Source of the DNA: the human T2T-CHM13v2.0 reference genome, Homo sapiens
NCBI RefSeq assembly: GCF_009914755.1
Contig: NC_060938.1
Length of the DNA stretch: 64,000 nucleotides
Direction: 5' to 3' (one strand)
Shown: in pieces, positions 1 through 13,730 of the stretch
Layout: each line of letters begins with the position of its first letter
How positions within the stretch are numbered: the stretch's first letter is position 1
Notes under the pieces: generated by a model
Databases searched by the model: none
The model's input: the letters and a program-made list of their open reading frames with translations, nothing else
Told to the model about the DNA's origin: nothing
Position numbers and translations under genes: made by a program

Positions 1-107
1 TTAAAAAAATTAAGAACAGATGACAAGCTTCAACTACATCTAAATTCTTTAGATTTACTTTAAAAGAATCAACATTTTGACAAAATACCAAAGTGAACTA
101 AATTTGC

Positions 108-408
108 TTTTTTTTTTTTTTTTTTTGAGACAGAGTCTTGCTCTGTTGCCCAGGCTGGAGCGCAGTGGTGCAATCTCAGCTCACTGCAACTTCCACCTCT
201 CCAGTTCAAGCGATTATCTTGCCTCGGCCTCCAAAGTAGCTGGGATTACAGGCACATGCCATCATGCCCAGCTAATTTTTGTATTTTTAGTAGAGACAGT
301 GTTTCACAATGTTGGGTCAGCTGGTCTCGAACTCCTGACCTCAAGTGATCTGCCCGCCTCGGCCTTCCAAAGTGCTAAGATTATAGACATGGGCCACCAT
401 GCCTAGCC
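108..408 (-). mobile_element. AluS (Sx/Sz-like), full length
   Basis: Poly-T head followed by the antisense Alu body; TSD taaatttgcttt at 99-110 and 409-420. Confidence 0.93.
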
Positions 409-521
409 TAAATTTGCTTTAATTTGGAGAAATACTGGTCTAGAAAACACAAATTCCAAGGAGACTGAGGTTCTTAAGTTGATTTCTTGAGTACAAGTCC
501 TTCAAATGCATTCTCCAAGAT

Positions 522-2760
522 TTTTTTTTTTAATTTTTAAATTGACAAAGATTATACATATTCATGGCTATATGGGGATGTTTCAGTACATGTAGATGGT
601 GATCAGATCAGGGTAATTAGCATATCTATCATCTCAAACATTTATTATTTCTTTGTGTTGGGAACATTCAAACTACTCCTAGGTATTTTAAACTACATAA
701 TATAGTATTGTTAACTATAGTCATCTACAGTACTATAGAACACTAGAACTTATTACTCCTACCTAGCTGTAATTTTGTATCCATTAACAAATATCTTACT
801 ATTCCTCCTTTCTCCCTACCCTTTTCAGCCTGCATTATCCTCTGTTCTACTTTTTACTTCTATGAGATCAGCTTTTTTTTAGCTTCTGCGTGAGTGAGAA
901 CATGTGGTGTTGAAATTTCTATTCCTGGCTTATTTTGCTTAACATAATATTCTCCAGTTCCATCCAAGTTGCTGAGAATGACAGGATTTTATTTATTCTT
1001 TTTTATGGCTAAATAGCATTCCGTGGTGTATATATACCATATTTTAAAAATCCATTCCTCTGTTGTTGGAAACCTAGGTTGATTCCATATCTTGGCTATT
1101 GTGAACACTGTTGCAATAAACATGGGGGATGTAGATGTCTCTGCAATATAATGCTTTTCTTTCCTTTGGATAAATTCCCAGTAGTGGGATTGCTTGAGGT
1201 GTTTCAATACTGTTCTCCATACTGGCTGCACTAATTTACATTCCTACCAACAGTGCATAAGAGTTCCTTTTTCTTCAGCTACTCAGGAGGCTGAGGGAGG
1301 AGAACTATTTGAACCCTAGAAGCAGAGGGAGCCAGATTACACCACCACTGCACTCCAGCCTGGACAGAGAGTGAGATTCTGTCAAAAAAAGGTCCCTTTT
1401 CTTCACGTCTTTGTCAGCATTTGTTATTTTTGTCTCTTCTATAATAGCCATCCTAACTGGAGTAAGATGATGCCTCACTGTGGCTTTGATTAGCATTTCC
1501 TTGCTGATTAGTGGTGTTGAACATTTTTTCATATATTTGTTGGTCATTTGTATGTCTTCTTTTGAGAAATGTCTGTTCAGAGCATTTGTTTATATTTAAT
1601 TAGATTGTTGTGCTTCTTTGCTGTTGATATGTTTGAATTCCTTGTATATTCTTGATATTAATTTCCTGCCAGATGAGTTTATATTTTCTCCCATTCTGTA
1701 GGTTGTCTTTTCACTCACTTTATTATTTCCTTTGCTGTGCAGAAGATTTTTAGCTTGATGTGATCCCATTTGTTTATTTTTTCTTTTGTTGCCTGTGCTT
1801 TTGATGCCTTATTCATAAAATATTTTCCCAGAGCAATGTCCTGAAGGATCTCCCCTATGTTTTCTTCTAGTAGCTTTACCATTTTGGGTCTTATATTTGG
1901 GTATTTGAGGTACTTTGAGTTGATTTTTGTATAGGGTGAGAGGCAGAGGTCTAGTTTCATTCTTCTGCATATGGATATCCAGTTTTTCCAGCACCATTTA
2001 TTGAAGAGACTATCCTTTTCCCAATGAGTGTTCTTGGCATCTTTGTAAAAAATCTGTTGGCTGAGATATGTGGATTTTCTGGGTTCTTTATTCTATTCCA
2101 TAGGTCTATGTGTCTGTTTTTATGCCAATACCATGATGTTTTGGTTACTACAGTTTTGTAGTATATTCTGAGGTCTGGTAGCATGATACATCCAGCTTTG
2201 TTCTTTTTGCTTAGGATGGCTTTGGCTATTCAGGATATTTTTTGATTCCATAAACTCTCTTTGGATTTTTTTTTATTTTGTGAAGAATGTTCATAGGTAT
2301 TTTGATAGAGATTGCATTGAATCTGTAGGTTACTTTTGAGTAGTACTGTCACTTTAACAACATTCATATTTCTGATCCATGAGTGTGAATGTCTTTTCAT
2401 TTGTTTGTATCCTCTTCAATTTCTTTCATTAGTGTTTTGTAGTTTTCATTTTACCTCCTTGGTTACATTTATGTCTGGGTTATTTTTGGTAAGTATTGTA
2501 AATGGGTTTGCCTTCTTAATTTCTTTTTCAGCGAGTTTGTTGTTCATAAATATAAATGCAACCAATCTTTGTGTATTAGTTTTGTGTCTTGCAACTTCAT
2601 TGAATTTGTTTGTTCTAAAAGTTTTCTGGTAGAGTCTTCAGGTTTTCCTATATATAAGATCATGTCATCTGCAAATAGGAACAATTTGATGTCCTCCTTT
2701 CCGATCTGAATGCCCTTTATTTCTTTCTCTTGTCTAATTACTCTTGATAGGACTTCACAT
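522..2760 (-). mobile_element. Old L1 (L1MA/L1PB-like), 3' UTR plus ORF2 C-terminal part
   Basis: Minus-strand ORFs resemble the ORF2p C-terminus ([57 protein letters not shown]); many stops and frameshifts. Confidence 0.88.
1276..1390 (+). mobile_element. 5'-truncated Alu right-arm fragment inserted in L1
   Basis: cagctactcaggaggctgag...ctgcactccagcctgg...A-tail; imperfect TSD (tcc.ttttcttca). Confidence 0.8.
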
Positions 2761-2999
2761 TTATATACTTTGAATATTTAAAATGTTTACATAAATGTCA
2801 GAATCAACTTTCATTTTTCATAGAAAAAGAAGACCCTACTTGTTTTGTAGTTTTAATATTAATCAATTATTATTATCTGAGACAAATTATTTAACAAATT
2901 AAATTGTCTATTAAAATATTTCACCACAAATAAATTCCATAAGGAAAATATCTACAACTGTTTTTATGAAAGAAAAAAAGGCTTCTCTACAGTTGCTTA

Positions 3000-3292
3000 G
3001 GCCTGGTGCCATGGCACACACCTATAAATCCCAGCGCTGTGGAAGGCCATGGCAAGAGGATCCTTTGAGCCCAGGAGTTTGAGACCAGCGTGGACAACAA
3101 AGTGAGACCTCATCTCTATAAAAAATAAAAAAGAAATTAGCTGGCCATGGTGGTGCGTGCCTGTGGTCCTAGCTACTCGAGAGGCTTAAGAAGGAGGATC
3201 ACTTGAGCCAGGGAGGTGGAGGTTTCACTGAACCATATTCACGCCACTCCACTCCAGCCTGGGCAACAGAGCTAGACCTTGTCTCAAAAAAT
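3000..3292 (+). mobile_element. AluJ
   Basis: Diverged dimeric Alu with J-type ggatc..ttgagcccaggagtttgagaccagc. Confidence 0.88.
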
Positions 3293-3372
3293 TAAGTTAG
3301 TTAAATTAAACATAAAGTTGCATTGTATTTAAGAAATTAGGAAAGCAGAAAATGCTTCTGTTTTTCTTTTGA

Positions 3373-3610
3373 GTTGAACAATGAGAACACATGGACACAG
3401 GGAGGGGAACATCACATACCGGCGCCTGTCAGGGGGGTGGGAGGCTCGGGGAGTGATAGCATTAGGAGAAATACCTAATGTAGATGATGGGTTGATGGGT
3501 GCAGTAAACCACCATGGCATGTGTATACCTACGTAACAAACCTCCACGTTATGTACATGTATCTCAGAACTTAAAACGTAATAATAACAATAATAAAAGC
3601 GACAAAAAAA
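3373..3610 (+). mobile_element. L1PA 3' UTR fragment (5'-truncated)
   Basis: ttgaacaatgagaacacatggacacagggagggg...acttaaaa followed by an A-rich tail. Confidence 0.88.
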
Positions 3611-4029
3611 GGAAACGCTTCTTGTTAGAACAGATTACATACCCTTATTGCTTTTTATAATAGCCTGTAATAACAGAATATCCACAAGGTGGCAGTAATA
3701 TATCAGTTTCATTCTCTGAAATTAAAACTTTTGCCTATTCAGTAATACAATGGATCTTTTGAACTCACTCTAACACGTAGAATACAGCAATTTGACTTAA
3801 TAATTAGCCTTTAAATTTATAGTCTTGTATTATCACTTTAGTGGTTTGAATTATTTTGTATTTTAATATATTTAAATGAATTAGTCCTATACAAATTGAC
3901 TAATTTGACATGTGAAGGTGTTTTTATTCTATCTTCAGAAGTTTAGCTTTAAAAAAATTTCTAAACTTCGATATCTGGTGAGTGCCAATGTTTTTATCTT
4001 ATTAAAAGGTGACAGACCACACTATATTC

Positions 4030-4700
4030 ATCTGATTTTTTTTTACAAGGATGCAAAATCAGTTTAAAGGAAGGATATCTTTTTCAACAAATGGTGCTAG
4101 AGCAATTGGACATTCACAGGTACAAAAACTAAGACTGACCTAAATTTATACTTTATATAAAATTTAGCTCACATAAATCACAGGCTTAAATGTAAAATGC
4201 AATATTATAAAACTTAAAGTTGTGTATGGTAGCTCGTGCCTGTAATCCCAGCTACTACTCAAGTGGCTGAGGTGGAAGGATCACTTCAATCCAGCTGTTA
4301 GTGGCTGCAGTGAGCAATGATGACACCACTGCACTACAGCTTCGGCGAAACCTCGTCTCAAAAATAATTAATAAATAAATAAATTCATTAAACTTTTTAA
4401 AATAGAAGAAAACTCTTGAGACCTTGGGCTAGGCAAAGAATTTTTAGGCTTGATGTTGAAAACAAAATCTACAGAAGGAAAAAGTGATAAAACTGGACTT
4501 CATTAAAATAAATAAACACTTTTTTTTTTTTTTTTTTACTTAGACCCTGTAAAGAGGTTGAAAAAATGAATTACAGACTGGGAGAAATAATTTGCATACC
4601 ATATATCTGACAAAGAACTTACATCTAGCATATGTAAAAAATTCTCAAAACTCAACAGTAATAAATAAGGTATCCAATTAGAAAATAGGCATATGTGACC
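4030..4700 (+). mobile_element. Ancient L1M ORF2 fragment interrupted by an Alu monomer (about 4220-4385)
   Basis: ttcaacaaatggtgctagagcaattggacattc and gactgggagaaata match L1 ORF2; the embedded monomer has an A-rich tail. Confidence 0.7.
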
Positions 4701-6249
4701 TCTCTGTATTATAACTTAAACCTCATGTGACTACAATTATTTCAAATGAAATAAACACAACAGTAATGCCTGTTTCTAGCATATAAAATAATCGGAGAAC
4801 ATAGAATTATACAAAGTTAAATTATTGGGCCATTTACTTAATTTAAATATTTTTAAATGCGTGTACCCATTTTGCTTGAAGGTGTGTGCAAGTATGCTTG
4901 TATTTTTTTAACGATAATATGGTCACATGAGCATTAATTTTTTTTTTAAAGTTTATAGTTACCCCACACAAGTTCTTATTGATTTCCTCATTCTTAACAC
5001 CTGCATAGTATTTCATTTTATAATTAATGGATTGTAGGTTTATTCTTTTAAAATCACTTGTGTTGTTCTCATGTATTTTTTTTTTCACTAAAAAGTGTTG
5101 CAATGCACAAAACTAAAAATATAATGAGGGTCTTTTCTGGATCTCTGTTGAAAAACTTTGAATAAAAATTACAAGTTCAAATCACATGCAAAATAAACAT
5201 TTTAATTAATAGGACTTTTATGCAAGGTGTTAGTAGAAGCAGCAGCACAGTTTTATTAATATCCCTGAATCTCTCACAAAACTGACTGAGCAACTGGGAT
5301 AACAAGGTATTAACTATGACAAAACAATGTAACAGGGTGTCATCATGGACCTTTTGTGAGGTTAAACCAGAGGGAACCAGGCGAATCACCAATTTTTTTG
5401 GAAGAAGGAAAGGAAAGAAAAAAATGTTTAATGGCCCTGGGAACTGGAAAACCTAGAAATACAAGCGCTAACATCTATGTTCCTAAATTCAGAGATTCTT
5501 ACTAGGCGAAAAGAACTCAGCAGATTAATCTGAGAACAGCAGCTGAGGCTGGCAGAAGGCTTCCTGGGCCTCAACTCATAGCTGAGAGTGAGGATGGCAA
5601 AAAGCAGGTGCTGTGAGTGGTCTGTTTCCTATGAACCCTACAAATTAACCACCCCCAAAATAAAGCCCTGTCCTAAAGAGAAACTGCAGGAAGTCAACTA
5701 TAAATTGAGTTGGGAAGCACACTGAGGCTCAAGAAAAGGAAGCTCCAGGTTAAGATGCAAGAGAAGAAGGGAAAAGGCAGTTTTCTGCAAGTTCAAGCAC
5801 AAATAATTTCTTTACCTTCTAGTTCTGGAAATACCAGGTGCTGTGTATGTAAAGCAGGAATTTTGGTTGAATATTATATAATTTTCTGACCCACTGTTAC
5901 TAATCCAGTTTCCCCTGTACTCAGGTCTTCCATGCTACAGACAGACTGATAGATGCTCAGCAAATAGTTGCTAATATTTTCTAGGTAACTAGGTGCTAAA
6001 CGAGTTTTCTTAAATTTCTACCTCCAGGTCTGTAAGTTGATTTGAAGCATTACCAGTTTCTGGTTCTGCACAGGTTGTTGAGCGCAGGACTTCTCTCCTC
6101 CAGTGGAAAGTCCACCTGCTCACAATCAACCATCCTTTCCTGTGGCCTTGAGACACTACTCAGTGTAGCACGCCTCCCAGTCTAGAATAGGCACACTCAT
6201 CATCAGTCTCTCTCATTTGCTGTCTTATCTCCACTCCATCTACATACAG

Positions 6250-7010
6250 TTTTTGTTTTCGCCAATGTTTTTAAATAAACAACTGTACAAGCACAACAAT
6301 GACAACAGAAACCTTCCTTCCCCCAGTGTTGTAGTGAACAAGGAATATATTTAACTTCAAATAAAAGACAAAAACAAATGCTGGATAAAGCTGACAGAAA
6401 GAAATGCAACTGTAGGTGCTCTGGCAATATAGAAATGATACAACTAAGAAAAATGGAAGAAAAGGAAAGAGAAAGCATTCCTCAGAATGATTTTACTGAC
6501 TGCTCATCTGTAATGCCTGGGAGTCAAAGGATATTGTTTATAGAAATGTAAGCATACTTAATGGCACCAGGGGAAACAAAGTTAATATGATTAAATCAAA
6601 TTGTGGGATGAAAAATCACGTAGGGAGGACAAGAAAGAGAATACAGCTAATACCATTGTTCTTAGTTTAGAGACATTCGCTACTGTCTAAAGAAAGAGAT
6701 GATTTTATGAAATTACATAAGGTAGCCATCAGAATAAAAGTTTAACTCTTCCAAATATCACAACATCAAAACAAAAGCAATAAAAACAAACAAGACAGCA
6801 AAAGACAGATATGTGCATCTAAATCATAGCATAATATACGGCAATCAAAATATAAACAAACACAATTTATCATTAAAAGTAAGTGGCTTGACTCTTATTA
6901 GAGGAAAAATATTGTCAGATTAAATCAAAAAGCAAATCTCAGTTCTATGCTGGATATAAGATAAAGTGTTACAGAAAGTTTAGAAATAAAAGTATAGGCA
7001 ATGAATAAAA
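6250..7010 (+). mobile_element. Degenerate L1M ORF1 end / ORF2 endonuclease start
   Basis: 6860-6960 resembles the degenerate coding for NVNGLNSPIKR...DWIKKQ...CC; A-rich plus strand. Confidence 0.45.
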
Positions 7011-8025
7011 GGATCTTCTCTTCATGCGTTAGGAGTATAAAACAGTAAATCAACACATCATACGTTTTCTGTTTTTACATTTAAATGGCTGGAGATGTTA
7101 CACCACTAGTATGAATTTACTTCAGATATATAAAGGATACACTTTTATGTGGTTAGAAACAGCAATGATAATAGTTAAGGTGAAAATAACATCTGCATTG
7201 ACGTTAGGAAGAAAGAGCCATTGTTGGGTACATAGTGATCACATTACCATGGAGCAATCTGTTCCCAACTGAAATGTCCTTGCCCTTCTACTGAAATCAT
7301 GTAAGATTCTGCAAAAGTAGTGTTTACTTCCCACAAATGAGCCATTTGTGGGAATGGCTGCTATTGTTGTCCACACGGAATGAACATCAGACCTATATTT
7401 ACCTGTTGTATCATTAAGAGTCGTATTTGGCCCTTTCCAGAGGCTATTTCAATTATATTTTGGAGAATTAGTCTATTTCCAGACAAATAATTTTACCAGA
7501 ACTTTGATCCATATGAAATGACCCTTTGGTAGGGATCCAGGGATTGAGTTTATTTTTAATTACTGTAGCATCCTGGTCAGGTTGAGAAACAGATTACATT
7601 TTTATTTCCCTGGCATGTGAGCAGGGCTAGATTTAGCATGAGAATGCTTGAAAGTTCATAGTTTTTTAGAAATTTTATTTACTGTGTGTCTCTTTCTCAA
7701 AATAAAATTAATGCTGAAAAGCTATATTAAATGAATTATTTTGAGATGGTCTCTTCCCCCTTCTTCCAATGAGAGGATATCCACAGATATGTCAGGAGCT
7801 TGCTTTACCTAGAAATGTGTTGAGGGCCACAGGTTTGGGTTTACCTAGGAATGTTTAGGGACACCTCCCCAAGTTGTTGTTGAAGAGTGGGGTAAATGTA
7901 AGATAGAATTAGGCTCACGGAGGCCAGATGAGAGCATCATGTCACCCCAGAAACACAGCATATACCTAGGAGATCTGTTCTCAGTATCAAAGTCTTAAGC
8001 ACTGTAAGATTGCCTATAGACTAAG

Positions 8026-8034
<9 letters not shown>

Positions 8035-8061
<27 letters not shown>
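8035..8061. repeat. (TA)n microsatellite
   Basis: Directly visible. Confidence 0.95.
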
Positions 8062-8065
<4 letters not shown>

Positions 8066-8104
8066 ATAAAATCAGTTAATATATAAACATATATTTATTT
8101 ATCA

Positions 8105-8272
8105 ACTTCTTTTTATTCTTATCTTCAGACAGCATCTTGCTCTGTCACCTAGGCTGGAGGGCAGTAGTGCAATTAAGGCTCACTGCAGCCTTTACCTCTG
8201 GGGCTGAAGCTATCCTCCTGCCTCAGTCTCCTAAAGTGCTAGGATGAGAGGTGTGAGTCACCTTGCCAGGCC
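8105..8272 (-). mobile_element. Alu monomer (FRAM/FAM-like)
   Basis: Single antisense Alu arm: tcttgctctgtcacctaggctgg...gtgtgagtcaccttgccaggcc. Confidence 0.75.
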
Positions 8273-9025
8273 CAGGGCAATAACTATGCAATGTTTATAT
8301 AACTTGGAGCAAAAAATATTTGAAATATGTGTACATTGATTTTTAACCTTGTCTATTGATTTACTTTATTAAATACTGAATAGAAACAATATATTTATAA
8401 AATATTTATTGTATATGTATAATAAGCACATAATGAACACCTGTGTCTCCAGTCTTGGTTTAAGAAATTAAGCCAAAAGTAATCATAAGTGCTTATGATT
8501 ACTTTTGAAGTCACCTGTACAACTTTTGCTGACTGCATCCCCGTCAACACTCTAACGATGGCCACTGTGAGCACTGTGTATATTGAATTGTGTTCTATTT
8601 TAATACCGTGTGCACTACATTGTTTTCCTAGCTGTATGCTATTGCATTTAGTGAGAATAAGGAATTATATCAGTATAAATCACTTTTGTCATTTCATTGT
8701 TTCAGCTTTTCTGTACTAATTATTGCCAATATATTTCTACTGGCGTAAAAACAGACACATAGGACAGTGGAACAGAATAGAGACTGCAGACAAATGTACA
8801 CATTTACACACAACTCATCTCTGACAAAGGCATCAAGAACATACACTGGGAAAACAACAGTCTTTTCAATAAATGATCCTGGGAAAACTGAATAACTGTA
8901 TGCAGAAGGATAAAATTAAACCCATCTTACCATACACAAAAATCAAATCAAATAAAAATGGATTAAAGACTTGAATCTGAGACCTCAAACTATGAAGCTA
9001 GTAAAAAATAAAAAAGCATAGGAAA

Positions 9026-9265
9026 GGCCAGGCGTGGTGGCTCACGCCTGTATTCCCAGCACTTTGGGAGGCCGAGGCGGACAGATCACGAGGTTAGGAG
9101 ATCAGGACCATCCTGGCTAACACGGTGAAACTCCGTCTCTACTAAAAATACAAAAAAAAAAAAAAAAAAAATTAGCGGGGCATGATGGTGGGCGCCTGTA
9201 GTCCCAGCTACTCGGGAGGCTGAGGCAGGAGAATGGTGTGAAAAAAAAAAGAAAAAAGAAAAAAG
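9026..9265 (+). mobile_element. AluY lacking its 3' ~75 nt but carrying an A-tail and TSD
   Basis: AluY diagnostics (accatcctggctaacacggtgaaac; gaatgg.gtgaa); the body stops at gaatggtgtg, then A-tail; TSD aaagcatagga on both sides. Confidence 0.88.
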
Positions 9266-9539
9266 AAAGCATAGGAGAAATGCTCCAGGACATTAGTCTG
9301 GGCAAAGATTTTTTTGCGTAAGACCTCGGAAGCACAGGCAACAGAAGCAAAAATAGACAATGGGATTATATCAAACTAAAAAGCCTCAAGCAAAGGAATC
9401 AATCAACAAAGCGAAGAGCCAACCACAGACTGGGACAAAATATTTTCAAACTATCTATCTGATAAAGGATTAACAAGTAGAATATATAAGGAGCTCAAAC
9501 AACTCAATAATAAACAAAAAATCTGATTGAAAAATGGGC

Positions 9540-10000
9540 TACTGAAGAGGCTGAGGTAGGAGGATTTTTTTTTTTTTTTTTTTGAGATGGAGTCTCGCTG
9601 TCGTCCAGGCTGGAGTGCAGTGGCACGATCTCGGCTCACTGCAGACTCTGCTCCCCAGGGGTTCATGCCATTCTCCTGCCTCAGCCTCCTGAGTAGCTGG
9701 GACTACAGGCGCCCGGCACCAAGCCAGGCTAATTTACTGTATTTTTAGTAGAGACGGGGTTTCACCGTGTTAGCCAGGATGGTCCTGATCTCCTAACCTC
9801 GTGATCTGTCCGCCTCGGCCTCCCAAAGTGCTGGGAATACAGGCGTGAGCCACCGCGCCCGGTCAGGAGGATTTCTTAATCCCAGGAGTTTGAGGTTACA
9901 GTGAGCTATGATTATGCTACTGCCCTTTAGCTTGGGTGACAAAGCAAGACCTTGCTTCTAAAAAAATAATAGTTAAAAATATATAAATAAATACAATTTA
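9540..10000 (+). mobile_element. AluJ-like right-arm fragment split by an AluY
   Basis: gaggctgaggtaggagga [AluY] tttcttaatcccaggagtttgaggttacagtgagc; flanked by TSD aaaaatgggcta. Confidence 0.75.
9566..9864 (-). mobile_element. AluY, full length
   Basis: ccattctcctgcc and gttagccaggatggtc diagnostics; TSD aggaggattt. Confidence 0.93.
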
Positions 10001-10872
10001 AAAATGGGCTAAAGATCTGAACAGATATTTTCTCAAAAGAAGACATACAAATGGCCAATAGGAAGATGAAAAAATGTTCAATATCACTAATCGTCAAAGA
10101 AATGCAAATCAAAATCACAATGCAATATCATCTCACCTTGGTTGAAATGACTTGTTTCAAAAAGACAGGCAATAACAGATGCTGGCAAGGATGTGGAGAA
10201 AGGGAAATACTAGTACACTGTTAGTGGGAATCTACATTAATAAAGCCACTATGGAGAACAGTATGGAGGTTCCTCAAAAAAGTAAAAATAGAACTACCAT
10301 GTGGCCCAGCAATTTCTTTACTGGATATATATCCAAAATAAAGGAAATTAATGTATCAAAGACATATCTACATGCCGATGTGTACTGCAGCACTATTCAC
10401 AATAGACAAAATATGGAATCAACGTAAGTGCTCATCAACAAATGAATAGATTTTAAAAGTCATATATATACATAATGGAATACTACTCAGATACAAAGAA
10501 GAATGAAATTCTGTCATTCACAGCAACATAGGTGGCGCTGGCCATTTGGCTTAACGTAATGAACAGAGGCCATTATGTTAAGTGGAATGAGCCAAGCACA
10601 GAAAGGCAAATATCACATGTTGTCACTCATATGTGGGCAGTAAAAAAGTGAATCTCATGAAGATAGAAAGTAAATTGGTGGTTGCTAGAGGCCAGCAAGG
10701 GGAGTTGGAAGAGGAGATTAAGAGAAGAAAATATAAATGTATTTATCACCACTAAACTGTCCTCTAAAAATGTACAGATGGTAAATTATACATATATTTT
10801 TTAACTCAATAAAAAGTTAAAAAAATTCTGCTGTGTGTTTATAGAGCACATGTACAAGACTTTCTCTAGGGT

Positions 10873-11480
10873 TGTATTAGTTTTCTATTCCTGCTGTAAT
10901 AACTTACCACAAATTCAGTGGCTTAAAAGTACACATTTTTGTAAGATTTGAGTCAGTTTTAAAAAACACACATAAACTTGTCTTAGAATTGTTTTGGTTG
11001 GAAATCTGGCATGGCTCTCACTGAACTAACATCAAGATGTTGGCAGGCTGCATTTCTTTCTGAAGGCTCTAAAAGAGCATCTGGGTTGTTGGCAGAATTC
11101 AGTTCCTTGTGGTTGTAGATCCTCAGTTTCTTCCTGGTTGAAAACTTTGGGTCATTCCCAGCTTCTAAAGGTCACTGGCTTTCCTTGGCTTGTGGCCCCC
11201 TACCACTGTTTTAAAAGCCAGTAATAGCAGGCCACATCTTTCTCATACTGTCATCTGTCTGAATCTCAGCATCCAGAAAATATTCTCTGCTCTCAAGGAA
11301 TTATGAGATTAGATTGGACTCACCAAGGTAATTCAAGGTAATTTCCCCATTTCAATGCCCTTAATGGTAATCACATCTGCCAAGTCCCTTTGAACATGCT
11401 AACTTACTTTAGCATGTTCACCTTATCTGAAGACTGGGATGTGGCTGTCTTTGGTGGGGAGCAATTATTCTGCCTAACCC
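10873..11480 (-). mobile_element. MLT1-family (ERVL-MaLR) solo LTR
   Basis: Begins tgtattagttttctatt..ctgctgtaa..aacttaccacaaa and ends attattctgccta; these are the antisense MLT1 termini. Confidence 0.8.
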
Positions 11481-12338
11481 AAAGAAACGCAACTTGCAGA
11501 TATACAACTAGTTCATGGAGATGAAACATTTTCAAATCTACAAGAAAATGTTTTCTAAAATGAGCATTTCATATTAGACTTTCACGAGCACTGTGTCAGA
11601 ATTATATTTACTTCATAATGCTGCCAATACTGATATCAGATATTTAATTTTCTAGCCAGTTCAGGATAATGTGAATTGTGAATAATATATTTGTTCATTC
11701 AGTCAACAAACATTTTTTATCAGATACCACCGATATGCTGGACAGTGTCATGGATCCTAAAAATATAGCTGTTATTATTATTTTTTTAAACAAAGTTCCC
11801 ACTGTGATAAAGCTTTTATTCTTTGGGACAGGCAGACAGTAATCCAGATAAATAAACGCAAGGGCAAATTGGGGGAAAAATTGGAATGGAGAGCTCAGAA
11901 TCTGGCCCCAGAGAAGGGCAGAGGGAAAGGAGACCCAGTTCAGAATCTCGGTGCGTCCACACCAAACGATTCCATGAGGGCTGAGGAGACAGAGCTGAAA
12001 GGCTTGTCTGACATCACAAGAGACAGAAAAGTGAGCCCCATTTTCATCTCTATCCTGACAACGTTCCTGGCTTGATTTCCTCCTTCCAGCAGACACAAGA
12101 ATCAGGGAGCGCACCCTGATGGTAACATTTTTTTCAGGGGCCTATTTTGGGGATGCTGGTGAGAACCTGAGTCTGTCACTGACCACGGCAGCCTAGCATG
12201 GTCCCCAGTGCGTGGCCCAAGGCCAAGATTCTCTACCTCCATCCTGGAGGCAGAAGAAATGTCTGGGGGAAAATGAGAGGTTTTAGGTGGTTGGCACTGG
12301 GTGAGACCAATGAGAAATTTTAAAGCTGTGTGTCCTGG

Positions 12339-12651
12339 GGCCGGGGGCGGTGGCTCACGCCTGTAATCCCAGCACTTTGAGAGGCCGAGGCGGGCAGATC
12401 ACGAGGTCAGGGATTGAGACCATCCTGGCTAACGGTGAAACCCCGTCTCTACTAAAAATACAAAAAATTAGCTGGGCTTGGTGGCGGGCGCCTGTAGTCC
12501 CAGCTACTCGGGAGACTGAGGCAGGAGAATGGCGTGAACTGGGAGGCACAGCTTGAAGTGAGCTAAGATCGCACCACTGCACTCTAGCCTGTGTGACAGA
12601 AAGAGACTCCTTCTCAAAAAAATAAAAATAAAATAAAAATAGAAAATAGAA
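12339..12651 (+). mobile_element. AluY
   Basis: AluY diagnostics; 14-bp TSD aaagctgtgtgtcc. Confidence 0.94.
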
Positions 12652-13027
12652 AAAGCTGTGTGTCCCTTGTTTCTTCATATTTTGCAGATTTTTGATGTCA
12701 AAATATTTTAATAGTCAAAAGAGTGTTAATAAAGAATGACTTCTCTGTTATAAAAACCCTAATAGTGAATGTATTTACCAAGAAGTTAGATTCTATCTTT
12801 GTTTTTTTGTTTTTTGCCCCTTAGTTTAAAAAAAAGTTTTATTGTATGGATATTCTACAGTTAGTGTATCTACTCACCTCTTGATGGACATTTGGTTTGC
12901 TTCCAGTTGTTTTTGCTATTTCAAATAAAGTTGCTACGAATGTTTGTCCAATCGTTTGGACATACGCTTTCATTTGTCTTGGGCAAATAAGCAGGATTTG
13001 AATGACTAAGTGGTGTGATATGTTTAA

Positions 13028-13334
<307 letters not shown>

Positions 13335-13730
13335 TTAAAGAAACTGACAAAGTGGCTGTATTTCCAGCAGCAGTGTATGAGCATTCCTGTTCCTTTGTGT
13401 TCTCACCAATGTTTAGTATGGTCAGTCTTTTAAATTTTAGCTATTCTAATAGGCATGTAGCAGTATCTCATTGTGGTTTTAATTTACATTTCCCTAATGA
13501 TGAATGATGTTGAACATCTTTCAATGTTCTTACGTATCATCCATCTGTATTCTATGGTGAAATGTCTGTTCAGATCTCTACATTTGTGTTAGACTATTTG
13601 TTTTCCTATTATTGAGTCCTGAGAGTTCTTTGTATATTTTGGATAACAAATGTATCTTCACCAGATATAGCTTTTGTAAATTTTTACTCCCAGTCTGTGA
13701 TTTGTCTTTTTATTCTCTCGATAGTGTTTT

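Larger units (their letters stand above)
8740..10822 (+). mobile_element. L1MA-like 3' portion hosting nested Alus
   Basis: tggcgtaaaaacagacacatag...acagtggaacagaatagag, then ORF2 C-terminus remnants and an L1MA-type 3' UTR. Confidence 0.85.

Noticed and set aside
77-406. Alu-derived ORFs (also 12355-12678, 31361-31573, 37853-38122, 44249-44842)
   Set aside because: Typical antisense Alu translations.
7010-7990. Possible ERV internal/env-like remnant on the minus strand
   Set aside because: Only a vague resemblance; no continuous frame or motif I can support.
11306-11316. DUX4 site in the MLT1 LTR
   Set aside because: AGATTAGATTG deviates from TGATTRRATTA at two positions.
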